A program made the position numbers and the translations under genes. This document shows, in pieces, positions 35,917 through 45,158 of a stretch of 46,122 nt of DNA. Source of the DNA: an uncultured archaeon (GTDB lineage: Archaea; Aenigmatarchaeota; Aenigmatarchaeia; CG10238-14); the NCBI GenBank assembly GCA_964373165.1, contig CAYJTF010000003.1, forward strand, positions 1 to 46,122. The letters run 5' to 3'. The notes below the pieces were generated by a model, which did not search any database, was not told where the DNA came from, and worked only from the letters and a program-made list of their open reading frames with translations. Each line of letters starts with the position of its first letter. The stretch's first letter is position 1.

Positions 35917-37344
35917 TCAATAAGCCTTTGCAAAGTAAGTAATTTCTCCTTCTTTATTACATATAATGCATTTTACAGGTTCCTTTTTGAACGGTATAAC
36001 TCTGCTAGTTGCAGTTGTGTCATTCTTTATTTTTTCCTCGCACTGTTTCAATCCACAGAAGCCCGCTTTTATGAATCCGCTCCTTTCAACTACCTCTTTG
36101 AATTCTTGATAATTTTTAGCAATACTTGTTTCATCTTCAAGGAATTTCTTCGCTTTCCTATAAAGATTTTTTTGAATATCATCCAACAGGATTTCAACTT
36201 CTTTTACGAGTTTCGAAATTTTGATGCTTGTTTTTTGAGATGTATCCCTTCTAACTAGCACAACCTCTTTCTTTTTCAGATCTTTAGGACCTATTTCGAT
36301 TCTTACAGGCACACCTTTTAATTCCCATTCATTGAATTTCCATCCAGGTGTATATTCGTTCCTGTCGTCTAACTCCACACTGAGATTTGCATTTTCTAGT
36401 TTCGTCTTTATAGACATTGCTTCTTTGAGAACTTTCTTCTCTTCGTTAAACCCTATTGGTATAACAACTGCATGTGCGGGAGCTATTTTTGGAGGCAATA
36501 CCAATCCTCTGTCATCCGAGTGTGTCATTATCATACCGCCGATCAGTCTAGTTGATATTCCCCAACTTGTTTGCCATGCGTATTTGTTTTGACCGTCTTT
36601 ATCTAAGAATTTTATATCAAAAGCCTTAGCAAAGTTCTGTCCCAAATTATGTGAAGTACCTGCTTGTAATGCTCTTCCATCTGGCATTAGTGCTTCAATA
36701 GCGGTGGTGTAAAGGGCGCCAGCAAACTTTTCCATCTCACTTTTTCTGCCAGCAATTACAGGTATTGCCAAATATTCCTCTGCAATTTTTTTATAAAGTT
36801 CAAGTATAGTGATGACTTCTTTGTCAGCTTCTTCTTTAGTTGCGTGAACTGTATGACCCTCTTGCCAGAGAAATTCACTTGTTCTTAAGAAAAGTTTGGT
36901 TGCCTTAATCTCAGCCCTCAAGACATTGTTCCACTGGTTCAATAATAATGGCAAATCTCTCCAGCTTCTTACCCATTTGGCATATGAGTCGTACATAATT
37001 GTTTCAGACGTAGGTCTGACCACTAATTTCTCTTCTAATTTATTGTTCCCAGAGTGTGTTACAATAAAAGCTTCTGGTACAAAGCCTTTGAAATGTTCGG
37101 CTTCTTTATGTAAGAATTTTTCAGGTATGAGCGAAGGGAAGTATGTGTTTTTATGCCCCAGTTTCTTTATCATACCATCAAAAGTTTTCATGATATTTTC
37201 CCAAACAGCATAACCTAGTGGTCTAATGACCATAAATCCCTTTATAGCAGCATAGTCAGCCAGTTCAGATTTCAGTACAACTTGGTTGTACCATTCGGAA
37301 AAATTTTCGGATTTTTTTACTGTGATTCCCAATTGCTCTGACAT
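35917..37344 (-). CDS. proS: prolyl-tRNA synthetase (archaeal/eukaryotic type)
   Basis: 475 aa. 'FSEWYNQVVLKSELADY', class II motif 2 'RPTSETIMY...FLRTSEFLWQEGHT', and 'GISTRLIGGMIMTHSDDRGLVLPP'. Confidence 0.9.
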   Translation of the reverse strand: MSEQLGITVKKSENFSEWYNQVVLKSELADYAAIKGFMVIRPLGYAVWENIMKTFDGMIKKLGHKNTYFPSLIPEKFLHKEAEHFKGFVPEAFIVTHSGNNKLEEKLVVRPTSETIMYDSYAKWVRSWRDLPLLLNQWNNVLRAEIKATKLFLRTSEFLWQEGHTVHATKEEADKEVITILELYKKIAEEYLAIPVIAGRKSEMEKFAGALYTTAIEALMPDGRALQAGTSHNLGQNFAKAFDIKFLDKDGQNKYAWQTSWGISTRLIGGMIMTHSDDRGLVLPPKIAPAHAVVIPIGFNEEKKVLKEAMSIKTKLENANLSVELDDRNEYTPGWKFNEWELKGVPVRIEIGPKDLKKKEVVLVRRDTSQKTSIKISKLVKEVEILLDDIQKNLYRKAKKFLEDETSIAKNYQEFKEVVERSGFIKAGFCGLKQCEEKIKNDTTATSRVIPFKKEPVKCIICNKEGEITYFAKAY

Positions 37345-37348
37345 ATGA

Positions 37349-38398
37349 TCACTTACTAAAATTTATCCACGAATAAGACTCATATAAGTTTTTCGGATTT
37401 TTGGGTTTTGCTATGAGATCTATCTCCTCTCCTATCCCATGTTTTTTTGCTAAATCAAATACAAACTGATAAGTTATTAAATCTTCCATCGCAAATCCAG
37501 TTGAATCAAAAATTGTTATTTCCTTTGCATTTTCTCTACCCTTCTTTTTTCCCGATACGATCTCTCCTAGGTGAGCGTATATTTTATCTTCACTAATTTG
37601 TTGGGCTTCGCCTTCAACTATTGCTTGGTCAATAAAATCTACCACTAATTTCGATCTTAGTATTAATGATTTTTCTAACTCAAACTTACCTGGCGAATCT
37701 CCACCTACTGCATTTATATGTGTACCATAATCTACCCACTTATCATAGACTACTGGCTGAGTGAATTTTTCTTTGCATGTGGCTGTAATTATTATATCAG
37801 ATCTTTGGCATAATTTCTTGGATTCTTTCTTTTCTGAATTAAATCCAACTTTTTTACATGTGGATAGAAAATTACTCAGTGTTATATCATTAATATCATA
37901 GGCATAAACGACATCAACGTTTCTGACCAGAGATAGTGCATGAATTTGATGCATGGCCTGAACGCCTGTTCCTATTATGCCAACTTCTTCTGAATCTTTC
38001 CTTGACAAGTATTTTGTTGCTATTGCCGATGCTATAGCAGTTCTGATAGCTGTAAGAATAGTTGATTCAGTTATCATTAGTGGAAAACCATTTTTCCCAT
38101 CTACCAAAATCCCGCAAGCTATAATACTAGGTATATTATATTTTTGCGAGTTCAAAGGATGCGTATTCACAATTTTTACTCCAAAATAATCTTTACTTGC
38201 GGCAGGCATGGATTCGACACTGCCATCTTTAAAGAAAAACTCATGTCTTGCAGGTACTTTTATTTTATCGTTTGCAAATGTTTTAAACCCAATTTCTAAC
38301 TCCGTCAATAACTTTTTCATGAAATTTTCTAAATCTACTCGTTCTATTAAGGATATCAAATCCTTTTCTTGAATCAATAAGGTATTTAAACTATTCAT
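37349..38398 (-). CDS. ornithine cyclodeaminase / mu-crystallin family enzyme
   Basis: 'TESTILTAIRTAIASAIATKYLSR' followed by the Rossmann motif 'VGIIGTGVQA' is typical of the OCD/mu-crystallin family. Substrate cannot be assigned from sequence. Confidence 0.75.
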   Translation of the reverse strand: MNSLNTLLIQEKDLISLIERVDLENFMKKLLTELEIGFKTFANDKIKVPARHEFFFKDGSVESMPAASKDYFGVKIVNTHPLNSQKYNIPSIIACGILVDGKNGFPLMITESTILTAIRTAIASAIATKYLSRKDSEEVGIIGTGVQAMHQIHALSLVRNVDVVYAYDINDITLSNFLSTCKKVGFNSEKKESKKLCQRSDIIITATCKEKFTQPVVYDKWVDYGTHINAVGGDSPGKFELEKSLILRSKLVVDFIDQAIVEGEAQQISEDKIYAHLGEIVSGKKKGRENAKEITIFDSTGFAMEDLITYQFVFDLAKKHGIGEEIDLIAKPKNPKNLYESYSWINFSK

Positions 38399-38603
38399 TT
38401 TTATCGCCTCTAATAATTTCTATAATCATTTTACCAGAATCAGTGAGCTTAGGTGATTGAAAATTCCGGTTGTTACCGAAAGTTATCAGACCTAAACTTT
38501 TCAAAACCCTAGAATTGAATTTAAGAGTTGATAAAGAAATATCATGTATTAAAGAAAGTCTCTTTAAAAGAGAGGTTATGCTTTCGACAGAATTTTCATT
38601 CAA
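38391..38603 (-). CDS. small winged-helix-like protein (start uncertain)
   Basis: 'ITSLLKRLSLIHDISLSTLKFNSRVLKSLGLITF' is HTH-like. The frame stays open upstream without ATG or GTG; only the TTG at 38603 is available. Confidence 0.35.
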   Translation of the reverse strand: MNENSVESITSLLKRLSLIHDISLSTLKFNSRVLKSLGLITFGNNRNFQSPKLTDSGKMIIEIIRGDKNE

Positions 38604-38753
38604 TGACTCTAAAATAATTATTTGTTTTTTACTGACAGATCTGATTAAAACAGGTTTTAACCCATTAAGTTTATTGGTTGGCTGGACATCACACTCACTT
38701 TCAATTCTTACTATTTTATCCTTTTATTTATTTTGGACAACTTAGTTTGCCCA

Positions 38754-39095
38754 TTAAAACATTTTCACTCCCAGTTCCACATCTCTTTCTGGTTTTAATA
38801 ATACCACATTACCGTCTTTATCAGGCACGCCTAACGTAAGCGCCTCGGACATGAAGTTTGCTATCTGTTTTTTTGGAAAGTTGACTACTGCTATCACCTC
38901 TCTCCCTATCAGCTCATCTTTCTTATATAATTTTGTAATTTGAGCACTTGATCTTTTCATTCCTATTTCTTTTCCGAAATCAATTGTCAGCTTATAGGAC
39001 GGTTTTCTAGCTTCAGGGAAATCTTCCACTTCTATTATCTTGCCGACTCTAATATCGACTTTTTCAAAATCTTCAAATGTTATTTGTTCTGACAT
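38754..39095 (-). CDS. tRNA-binding domain protein (CsaA/Trbp111-like OB fold)
   Basis: 'FEDFEKVDIRVGKIIEVEDFPEARKPSYKLTIDFG...SSAQIT...LIGREVIAVVNFPKKQIANFMSE'. Confidence 0.75.
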   Translation of the reverse strand: MSEQITFEDFEKVDIRVGKIIEVEDFPEARKPSYKLTIDFGKEIGMKRSSAQITKLYKKDELIGREVIAVVNFPKKQIANFMSEALTLGVPDKDGNVVLLKPERDVELGVKMF

Positions 39096-39115
39096 ATCAT
39101 ATCACCAGTTCTAAG

Positions 39116-39190
39116 TGGGGCAGCCGAGATTTGAACTCGGGTCGCTAACTCCCAAGGCTAGAATCGTAGACCAAACTGGACCACTGCCCC
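39116..39190 (-). tRNA. tRNA-Pro (anticodon UGG)
   Basis: Acceptor GGGGCAG/CTGCCCC, anticodon stem CTAGC/GTTAG, loop CTTGGGA, T arm CCGAG-TTCAAAT-CTCGG. The D stem has only 3 bp. Confidence 0.75.
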
Positions 39191-39361
39191 ATGTATTTAT
39201 TTTCTCATTTAATAAGTCAAAATTGCTTTTGTTAGAATTAGAACTATATAAAAAGAAGGGCCCATTCAACAAGTGGAAGGTATTCACCCATTTTTTTCAC
39301 TTGAAAAAATATAATATGTAGAACTTATAAGCCTTTTCTTTTGAAATTATTATTGAATATA

Positions 39362-39970
39362 ATGGCAGAAGTGATTGTCTTAAAACCCGGTTATGCCATA
39401 TGGGAAGGTTATGCTTCTCAAAAAGCTTGTGGTACTATCACTTTGATTAAATCTAAGGTTCATAATATTATTGTCGATACAGGAAATTCACAGTGTAAAG
39501 ATTTAATATTGAAAAAACTCAAAGAAAACAAATTAAAGACAGATGATATCGATTTTGTAATTTGCACGCATTCTGACATAGATCATATAGGAAATTTGAA
39601 TTTATTTCCTAATACAACATTCATCGGTGGTAGTGATGTCATGCAAGGAGACTTGTTCAAAGAATTCTTTAAGGAAAAATACGTTATTGATGAAGATGTT
39701 TGTGTGATTCCTACTCCAGGTCATGATTCGAGAAGTATTAGTGTTATTGTTAAAACAGATAAAGGTATAATAGCAATAGTTGGAGATCTTTTTGAATATG
39801 AGAAAGATTGGGAAACACCCGACTCTGAATCATGGGAACCATGGAGTCAAGATAAACAGACTCAAGTGGAAAATAGAATAAAAATTTGGAAGTTAGCTGA
39901 CTATATTGTTCCTGGACACGGGGATGTTTTTAAAGTTGACAAATCTGTTAACATAATGAAAAGAAAATAA
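39362..39970 (+). CDS. metallo-beta-lactamase-fold hydrolase (MBLAC1-like)
   Basis: 'IIVDTGN', 'VICTHSDIDHIGNLNLFP' (HxDxDH rather than HxHxDH), 'TPGHDS', 'VPGHGD'. The ATG at 39362 is preferred over the TTG at 39341. Confidence 0.65.
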   Translation: MAEVIVLKPGYAIWEGYASQKACGTITLIKSKVHNIIVDTGNSQCKDLILKKLKENKLKTDDIDFVICTHSDIDHIGNLNLFPNTTFIGGSDVMQGDLFKEFFKEKYVIDEDVCVIPTPGHDSRSISVIVKTDKGIIAIVGDLFEYEKDWETPDSESWEPWSQDKQTQVENRIKIWKLADYIVPGHGDVFKVDKSVNIMKRK

Positions 39971-40010
39971 TAAACACACAGTTTAATAATTTAAAATTCA
40001 AATAAATTTG

Positions 40011-40589
40011 ATGACTTCTAAATCCAAAAAAATTGCTATAATAGGTACACATTTTGTCGGCAAGACTACAGTATGCGAAAATCTATTTAATCAATTGAAA
40101 AAAGATGGTTATGATGTCGGGATGCTTACTGAAATTGTTAGAGATTGCCCATATCCCATTAATGAAATGGCCACGATAAAGGCGCAAGATTGGGTGTTGA
40201 ACGAACAGAAAAAAAGAGAAGAAGAATTAGAAAAAAAACATAGCATAGTTTTGTTGGATAGAGGAGTCATTGATAATTTTGCATATTGGAAAAGAGTGGC
40301 TGAAAAAGTCAATTTATCAGAGAAAATAATAAGAGAAAAGGAAAGAGAAGTGTTTGAACATTCTAAAAGCTATGACGCCATAATCTTTTTGCAATTGTTT
40401 CCCGGAAAGATAGCCGATGATAAATTTAGATCTGTAGATCCTACATGGAGGAATGAGATGCATCAAAGAGTCAGTGATATTATTGAAAAATTTAGAATTA
40501 GGTATGATACATCCGTTTTTGTTGTTAACGGTTCTAAAAAGGATGTCACGAAAAGAGTAAAAGATTTAATTTATGAAAATATCTTCTAG
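40011..40589 (+). CDS. P-loop NTPase (AAA_28/NadR-kinase-like)
   Basis: Walker A 'IIGTHFVGKTT' and Walker B-like 'IVLLDRG'. Small, about 190 aa. Confidence 0.5.
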   Translation: MTSKSKKIAIIGTHFVGKTTVCENLFNQLKKDGYDVGMLTEIVRDCPYPINEMATIKAQDWVLNEQKKREEELEKKHSIVLLDRGVIDNFAYWKRVAEKVNLSEKIIREKEREVFEHSKSYDAIIFLQLFPGKIADDKFRSVDPTWRNEMHQRVSDIIEKFRIRYDTSVFVVNGSKKDVTKRVKDLIYENIF

Positions 40590-40599
40590 TAAGATTCCT

Positions 40600-41004
40600 A
40601 TGAACAAAGAGTATTCAGAACTTTTAAAAGAGGCTATGAAAGCAAGAGAAAGTTCTTATTCACCCTATTCCAAATTTAAGGTCGGTTCCGCTTTACTTAC
40701 TAAAAAAGGAAACATATTTTCTGGTTGTAATGTTGAGAACGCATCCTACGGTCTCACTATCTGTGGAGAAAGAAACGCCATTTTCCAGGCTGTTTCTAAA
40801 GAAGGTAAAGAAATGAAAATAAAGATAATAATTTCTGTTTGTGATCCTGGAAAAAACGATAAACCTTACACCTCATGCGGTGCTTGTAGACAAGTGATTC
40901 AAGAATTCTCGGATGATGATACGATTGTGATATCTGCAGATACAAAAGGGAATATGGAAAAAAACCAATTAAAAGAAATTTTAAGGAGACCATTTAAGTT
41001 ATAA
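40600..41004 (+). CDS. cdd: cytidine deaminase
   Basis: 'SYSPYSKFKVGSALL', 'NVENASYGLTICGERNAIF', 'CGACRQVIQEF'. The ATG at 40600 gives the canonical length; the ATG at 40573 would overlap the previous gene. Confidence 0.8.
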   Translation: MNKEYSELLKEAMKARESSYSPYSKFKVGSALLTKKGNIFSGCNVENASYGLTICGERNAIFQAVSKEGKEMKIKIIISVCDPGKNDKPYTSCGACRQVIQEFSDDDTIVISADTKGNMEKNQLKEILRRPFKL

Positions 41005-41068
41005 TTTTTGTTGATGAATATTTCCCATTAACTTAAATCATTTAAATTTATTAATCGACATCATATTC

Positions 41069-42307
41069 ATGAAAATTTCTATCTTCTCTGATTTGCACTT
41101 CGGATGTAATTCGAATTCTAAACTCGAAAATGACAGTTTTGACAATGCAGAAGAGGCTGTAGAGAAGAGTCTGCAGTCAGATCTTATTTTGATAGCCGGT
41201 GATATATTCGATAATAGATTTCCTAAGCCTGATGTGTGGGCAAAGGTATTGAAGATATTATCGAAACCAACTATGCAAGAAGATTCCGGTATCAAATTAA
41301 TTGAGCCGATAAACAAGAACATGGATAAAATTTCTGAAAGAGCCTTAAAGGGGATTCCTGTATTGGCTTTGCACGGAACACATGAAAGATTGGGCAAGGA
41401 TCATAACGCCATAGAGGCATTGGAATTGACTGGTTTTGTTTTCCATTTGCATATGAATGGCTTGGTTTTTGAAAAAAATGGAATTAAAGTGGCAATTCAG
41501 GGAATGTCTGGTGTGCCTGAAAGATACGCAAAACAGGTCATGGATAGATGGAATCCACAGCCAATAAAGGACTGCTACAACATTCTCATGTTGCATCAGA
41601 GCATTGATCCGTATGTTTATTCACCTTTGGAGCCGCCATCTCTTAATACATCTAACCTGCCTCAGGGTTTTGATTTGATAGTGAATGGTCATATACACAG
41701 TTCTACTGTTGATAAAGTCGGCAAGACAAATATTTTGTTAACTGGCAGTACTATAGTAACACAATTAAAAAAGGAAGAAGCCATTAACCCCAAGGGAATA
41801 CACAATCTATATTTACCTGAAAATAAATTCGATTTTGTTCCTTTGGATAATACTAGAAGATTTTTCTATGAGGAGATAGTGGAAGACGAAAAAAAGACAT
41901 TCCCAGATCAAATACGCAGAAAACTCAATTCTATCCTACAAAACAATTACAAAAAAATTCCTATAGTGAGATTTAAAATTAAGGGCAAAAGATTTGATGT
42001 TGTTGATAGAGAATTGAAAAAGATAAATGACGAGTATGAGAACAAGATTATACTCAAATTTGTTAAAGAAATAGAATCTGAAGATATTGCAAATAAAATA
42101 GAACTACTTAAGAAAATGAGAAGCGATGAAAACATTCCTATAGAAGAACTGGGATTAAAAGTAATGAACGAAATCTTATCTGAGATGAAATTTTCTAAGC
42201 ATTTTGATGCTAACTACGTTTTTGGATTGTTATCTGAAGGGCAAGTCGATAAGACTCTAGATATTTTAACAGGTGATCAGAATACACTCACGTCTTTCAC
42301 AAGGTGA
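41069..42307 (+). CDS. mre11: DNA double-strand-break repair nuclease Mre11
   Basis: Phosphoesterase motifs 'FSDLHFG', 'AGDIFD', 'LHGTHE', 'MLHQS' and 'NGHIH', in order. Confidence 0.8.
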   Translation: MKISIFSDLHFGCNSNSKLENDSFDNAEEAVEKSLQSDLILIAGDIFDNRFPKPDVWAKVLKILSKPTMQEDSGIKLIEPINKNMDKISERALKGIPVLALHGTHERLGKDHNAIEALELTGFVFHLHMNGLVFEKNGIKVAIQGMSGVPERYAKQVMDRWNPQPIKDCYNILMLHQSIDPYVYSPLEPPSLNTSNLPQGFDLIVNGHIHSSTVDKVGKTNILLTGSTIVTQLKKEEAINPKGIHNLYLPENKFDFVPLDNTRRFFYEEIVEDEKKTFPDQIRRKLNSILQNNYKKIPIVRFKIKGKRFDVVDRELKKINDEYENKIILKFVKEIESEDIANKIELLKKMRSDENIPIEELGLKVMNEILSEMKFSKHFDANYVFGLLSEGQVDKTLDILTGDQNTLTSFTR

Positions 42308-42311
42308 TATT

Positions 42312-42746
42312 ATGAAAATATTTGTTAGCGTTACTGCTGGCGGAGTCATTTTAAATAAAAAGAAGCAAATCTGCTTGGTTAACGATAAGAGTATTGGAAT
42401 CAGCTCGTGGTCACTGCCTAAAGGGAGAATTAAAAAAGGAGAAAGTTTAATAGAAACAGCTAGAAGAGAAATTTACGAAGAAACTGGTTTAAAAAATTTG
42501 TCTTTAATTAAAAATTTGGGTATAATAAGGAGACCGAGCAACACGTTCCCTCTTATAGAAAAAGAAATACACATATTTTTATTCAAATCAGTTGAAACAA
42601 AACTTAACCCTTTACCAGGAAATATCCTTGGAAGCACTAGCGCTCAATGGTTCAGTTTTGATGATGCTATATCTAGGATAACAAGTGATAAGGATAAAGA
42701 ATTCCTAAGGTCAAAACGCAATGAAATTTTTAAAAAAATTAGATAG
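42312..42746 (+). CDS. NUDIX hydrolase
   Basis: Nudix box 'GRIKKGESLIETARREIYEETGL'. The ATG at 42312 is preceded by AAGGTGA, which lies inside the mre11 3' end. Confidence 0.75.
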   Translation: MKIFVSVTAGGVILNKKKQICLVNDKSIGISSWSLPKGRIKKGESLIETARREIYEETGLKNLSLIKNLGIIRRPSNTFPLIEKEIHIFLFKSVETKLNPLPGNILGSTSAQWFSFDDAISRITSDKDKEFLRSKRNEIFKKIR

Positions 42747-42754
42747 GATGAGCT

Positions 42755-45127
42755 ATGATAACTCAAATAAAGATGATAAACTGGAAATCGCATTTAGATT
42801 CCACGTTAAATTTTAGTCTAGGAACGAATGTGTTTACAGGGTCTTTAGGTTGCGGGAAGAGCAGTATTTTGGATGCGATATCATTTGGTTTATTTGGCAC
42901 GTTTCCTAATTTACAATCAAAAAAAGTAAAATTAGACGATTTAATAATGAGCAGACCGTATGCTAAAAACGAGTCAAATGTAATCATTAATTTTGTTATC
43001 GACGACAAAGAATATTCGGTTATGAGAGTTATTGAGAGAGGAAAAGGCACGACTTATTGCGAAATAAAGGAAGAAGAGAAACTCCTCGAAGCTCCCAATA
43101 CTCAAAGAGTCAATGATATGATAGAAAAAGTCCTGAAAGTTGATTACGAGCTTTTTTGCAGGTCTATTTATTCTGAGCAAAATGGACTAGACTACTTTCT
43201 ACGTTTGTCCAAAGGGGAGAGAATGAAAAAAATAGACAACATGTTGATGATTGATAAATTTGAAAAAGCAAGATCATCGGCAGTTTCACTGAAGAACAAG
43301 ATTGTCGATAGGAAGTTAGGTAAGCAGAGTGTAATAAGTCTAGTAGATATAAAGGATATAGAAAATAAAATTTCGGATATTAAGAAGAATCTAAAAGAAT
43401 CGATTGAAAATAGATCCTTTTTATCTAGCGACTATGAATTTCATACTAAAAAATGCAAAGAATGGGGAGAAAAACTTCATGGACTGGAAGAACTGGATAA
43501 AAAATTAAACGAGCTTAAACAGAATAAAAAGTCATTGGAGGCTACAAAGGAGGAAAACCAAAGATCGGTATTTGAGATTAGAAAAACACTCAAGGACGTT
43601 AATGTAAATGAAATAAAAAGTAAATTAGCAGAGTTACAAAGTAAATTAGAGGAAGTCGACAAATTTTTAAACGAAAAAACGAACAATCTGAATAAGTATA
43701 CAGGACTGGTTTCTGAATATAGAATTAAGATTCACTATCTTGAGAGAGACAAAAGTAAAAAGAAAGAGGAACTTGATAAAAAGCAAGTTTTGAAAAACGA
43801 ATTAGAGGAGATAAAGAAGTTATATGGCGATAATCCTCGAATATTGTTTGAGCAAGAAAGAAATAAAATCAATGAGATAGATGAAAGAATAATACAGATA
43901 AACTCCTCTCTTAATCAGTTAAACGAACTGATTTTAAAAGTGGAAGAACTAAAAGATGAATGTCCCATATGTAATTCTAAAATAGATACAGACAAGAAAC
44001 AGCATCTTATAGAAGAGAGACAGAAAACAGTAGATAATCTAAATAAAGAATTAGATGAAAAGAGGAAAATAAAAACCGACGTTTTAAATAGATTAAACTC
44101 CTCGGAAAGGGCTCTTAATACATATAATAAAATACTTCTGGAATTGGAGAGTTTTGAAACTTTGGTTAAAGAATCGTCGGAGATAGAATTGTCTTTACCA
44201 GATTTAGTCTCCAAAAAAGAGGATATAGAAAAAAAAATGGAGGAAATAAAATTACAAGCAAATGAACTTCAGATATTGAGCAAAAACATAAAAAACGAGA
44301 TGAAGGAGTACGAAATATTGTTTTCTAGAATTTCTGAGCTCCAAGAGAGAGAGAATAAAATTCACGAATTATCTTCGCTGCTGAACACTTTAGAGTCTCA
44401 GATGATAGTCGTTTATAACGGAATAGGTAAAGATAACGTGATAGATACTAGGAGAAAGTATGAGGAACTTATAATAAAGCAATCTGAATTAAAGGAAAAA
44501 ATTTCGAGTTCAAATCAGTTAATTTTTGAAAAGGAAAAAAGATTAGAAGAGTTGGAAAACGAATTGAATTCAGCTAGAAAATATTATGATGAAATTGCAA
44601 AATTGGACAAATTAATTTCAGATATTTCTATTTTTGAAAGAGCCTTAGAAAAAACGCAAGTTCGATTGCGAGAAGAATTCATAGGTACCGTCAACTATAC
44701 GATGAATCAGATATGGCCGGATGTCTATCCATATACAGATTTTTCGGATATACGTTTGAACATAGAAGAAGGCGATTATGTCTTGCAGCTCAGAGACAGA
44801 TCCGGTAAATGGATAGATGTGGACGGCATAGCGTCCGGCGGTGAGAGAAGTATATCTTCATTAGTTCTTAGAATAGCCTTCTCTTTGATACTAGCTCCAC
44901 AGTTGAAATGGTTAATTCTGGACGAACCAACGCATAATCTTGATATGAAAGCAGTGGAAGATTTGTCGGAAACACTAAGAAATAAAATCGGAGATTATAT
45001 ACAGCAGGTGTTTATAATCACTCACGATAAAACATTAGAAGGCGCGGTAACAGGTGAGCTGTACAGATTAAATAGAGATAAGATGTTGGGTGGAAGCACG
45101 ACGGTCGAGAGAGTGACAATGATATAA
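42755..45127 (+). CDS. rad50: DNA double-strand-break repair ATPase Rad50
   Basis: Walker A 'GSLGCGKSS', a long coiled coil with the zinc hook 'CPICNS', signature 'SGGERS', Walker B 'LILDEPT', and D-loop/H-loop 'IITHD'. Confidence 0.85.
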   Translation: MITQIKMINWKSHLDSTLNFSLGTNVFTGSLGCGKSSILDAISFGLFGTFPNLQSKKVKLDDLIMSRPYAKNESNVIINFVIDDKEYSVMRVIERGKGTTYCEIKEEEKLLEAPNTQRVNDMIEKVLKVDYELFCRSIYSEQNGLDYFLRLSKGERMKKIDNMLMIDKFEKARSSAVSLKNKIVDRKLGKQSVISLVDIKDIENKISDIKKNLKESIENRSFLSSDYEFHTKKCKEWGEKLHGLEELDKKLNELKQNKKSLEATKEENQRSVFEIRKTLKDVNVNEIKSKLAELQSKLEEVDKFLNEKTNNLNKYTGLVSEYRIKIHYLERDKSKKKEELDKKQVLKNELEEIKKLYGDNPRILFEQERNKINEIDERIIQINSSLNQLNELILKVEELKDECPICNSKIDTDKKQHLIEERQKTVDNLNKELDEKRKIKTDVLNRLNSSERALNTYNKILLELESFETLVKESSEIELSLPDLVSKKEDIEKKMEEIKLQANELQILSKNIKNEMKEYEILFSRISELQERENKIHELSSLLNTLESQMIVVYNGIGKDNVIDTRRKYEELIIKQSELKEKISSSNQLIFEKEKRLEELENELNSARKYYDEIAKLDKLISDISIFERALEKTQVRLREEFIGTVNYTMNQIWPDVYPYTDFSDIRLNIEEGDYVLQLRDRSGKWIDVDGIASGGERSISSLVLRIAFSLILAPQLKWLILDEPTHNLDMKAVEDLSETLRNKIGDYIQQVFIITHDKTLEGAVTGELYRLNRDKMLGGSTTVERVTMI

Positions 45128-45158
45128 ACTTATTATTGCAGTCACCAAATAAATTGTA

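Noticed and set aside
35690-35921. Plus-strand 77-codon frame ('...KFPNWKLKNLGKGHYHISSKFTNESGILEMTYKTNKQ...') as a gene.
   Set aside because: There is no start codon until the last third, no motif, and it runs into the proS stop. It is treated as part of the decayed region rather than as a CDS.
38604-38753. Upstream extension of the small HTH-like ORF 38391-38603.
   Set aside because: The frame stays open ('...LKPVLIRSVSKKQIIILES') but contains no ATG, GTG or TTG upstream of 38603. The true start is unresolved, so only the track coordinates were kept, at low confidence.
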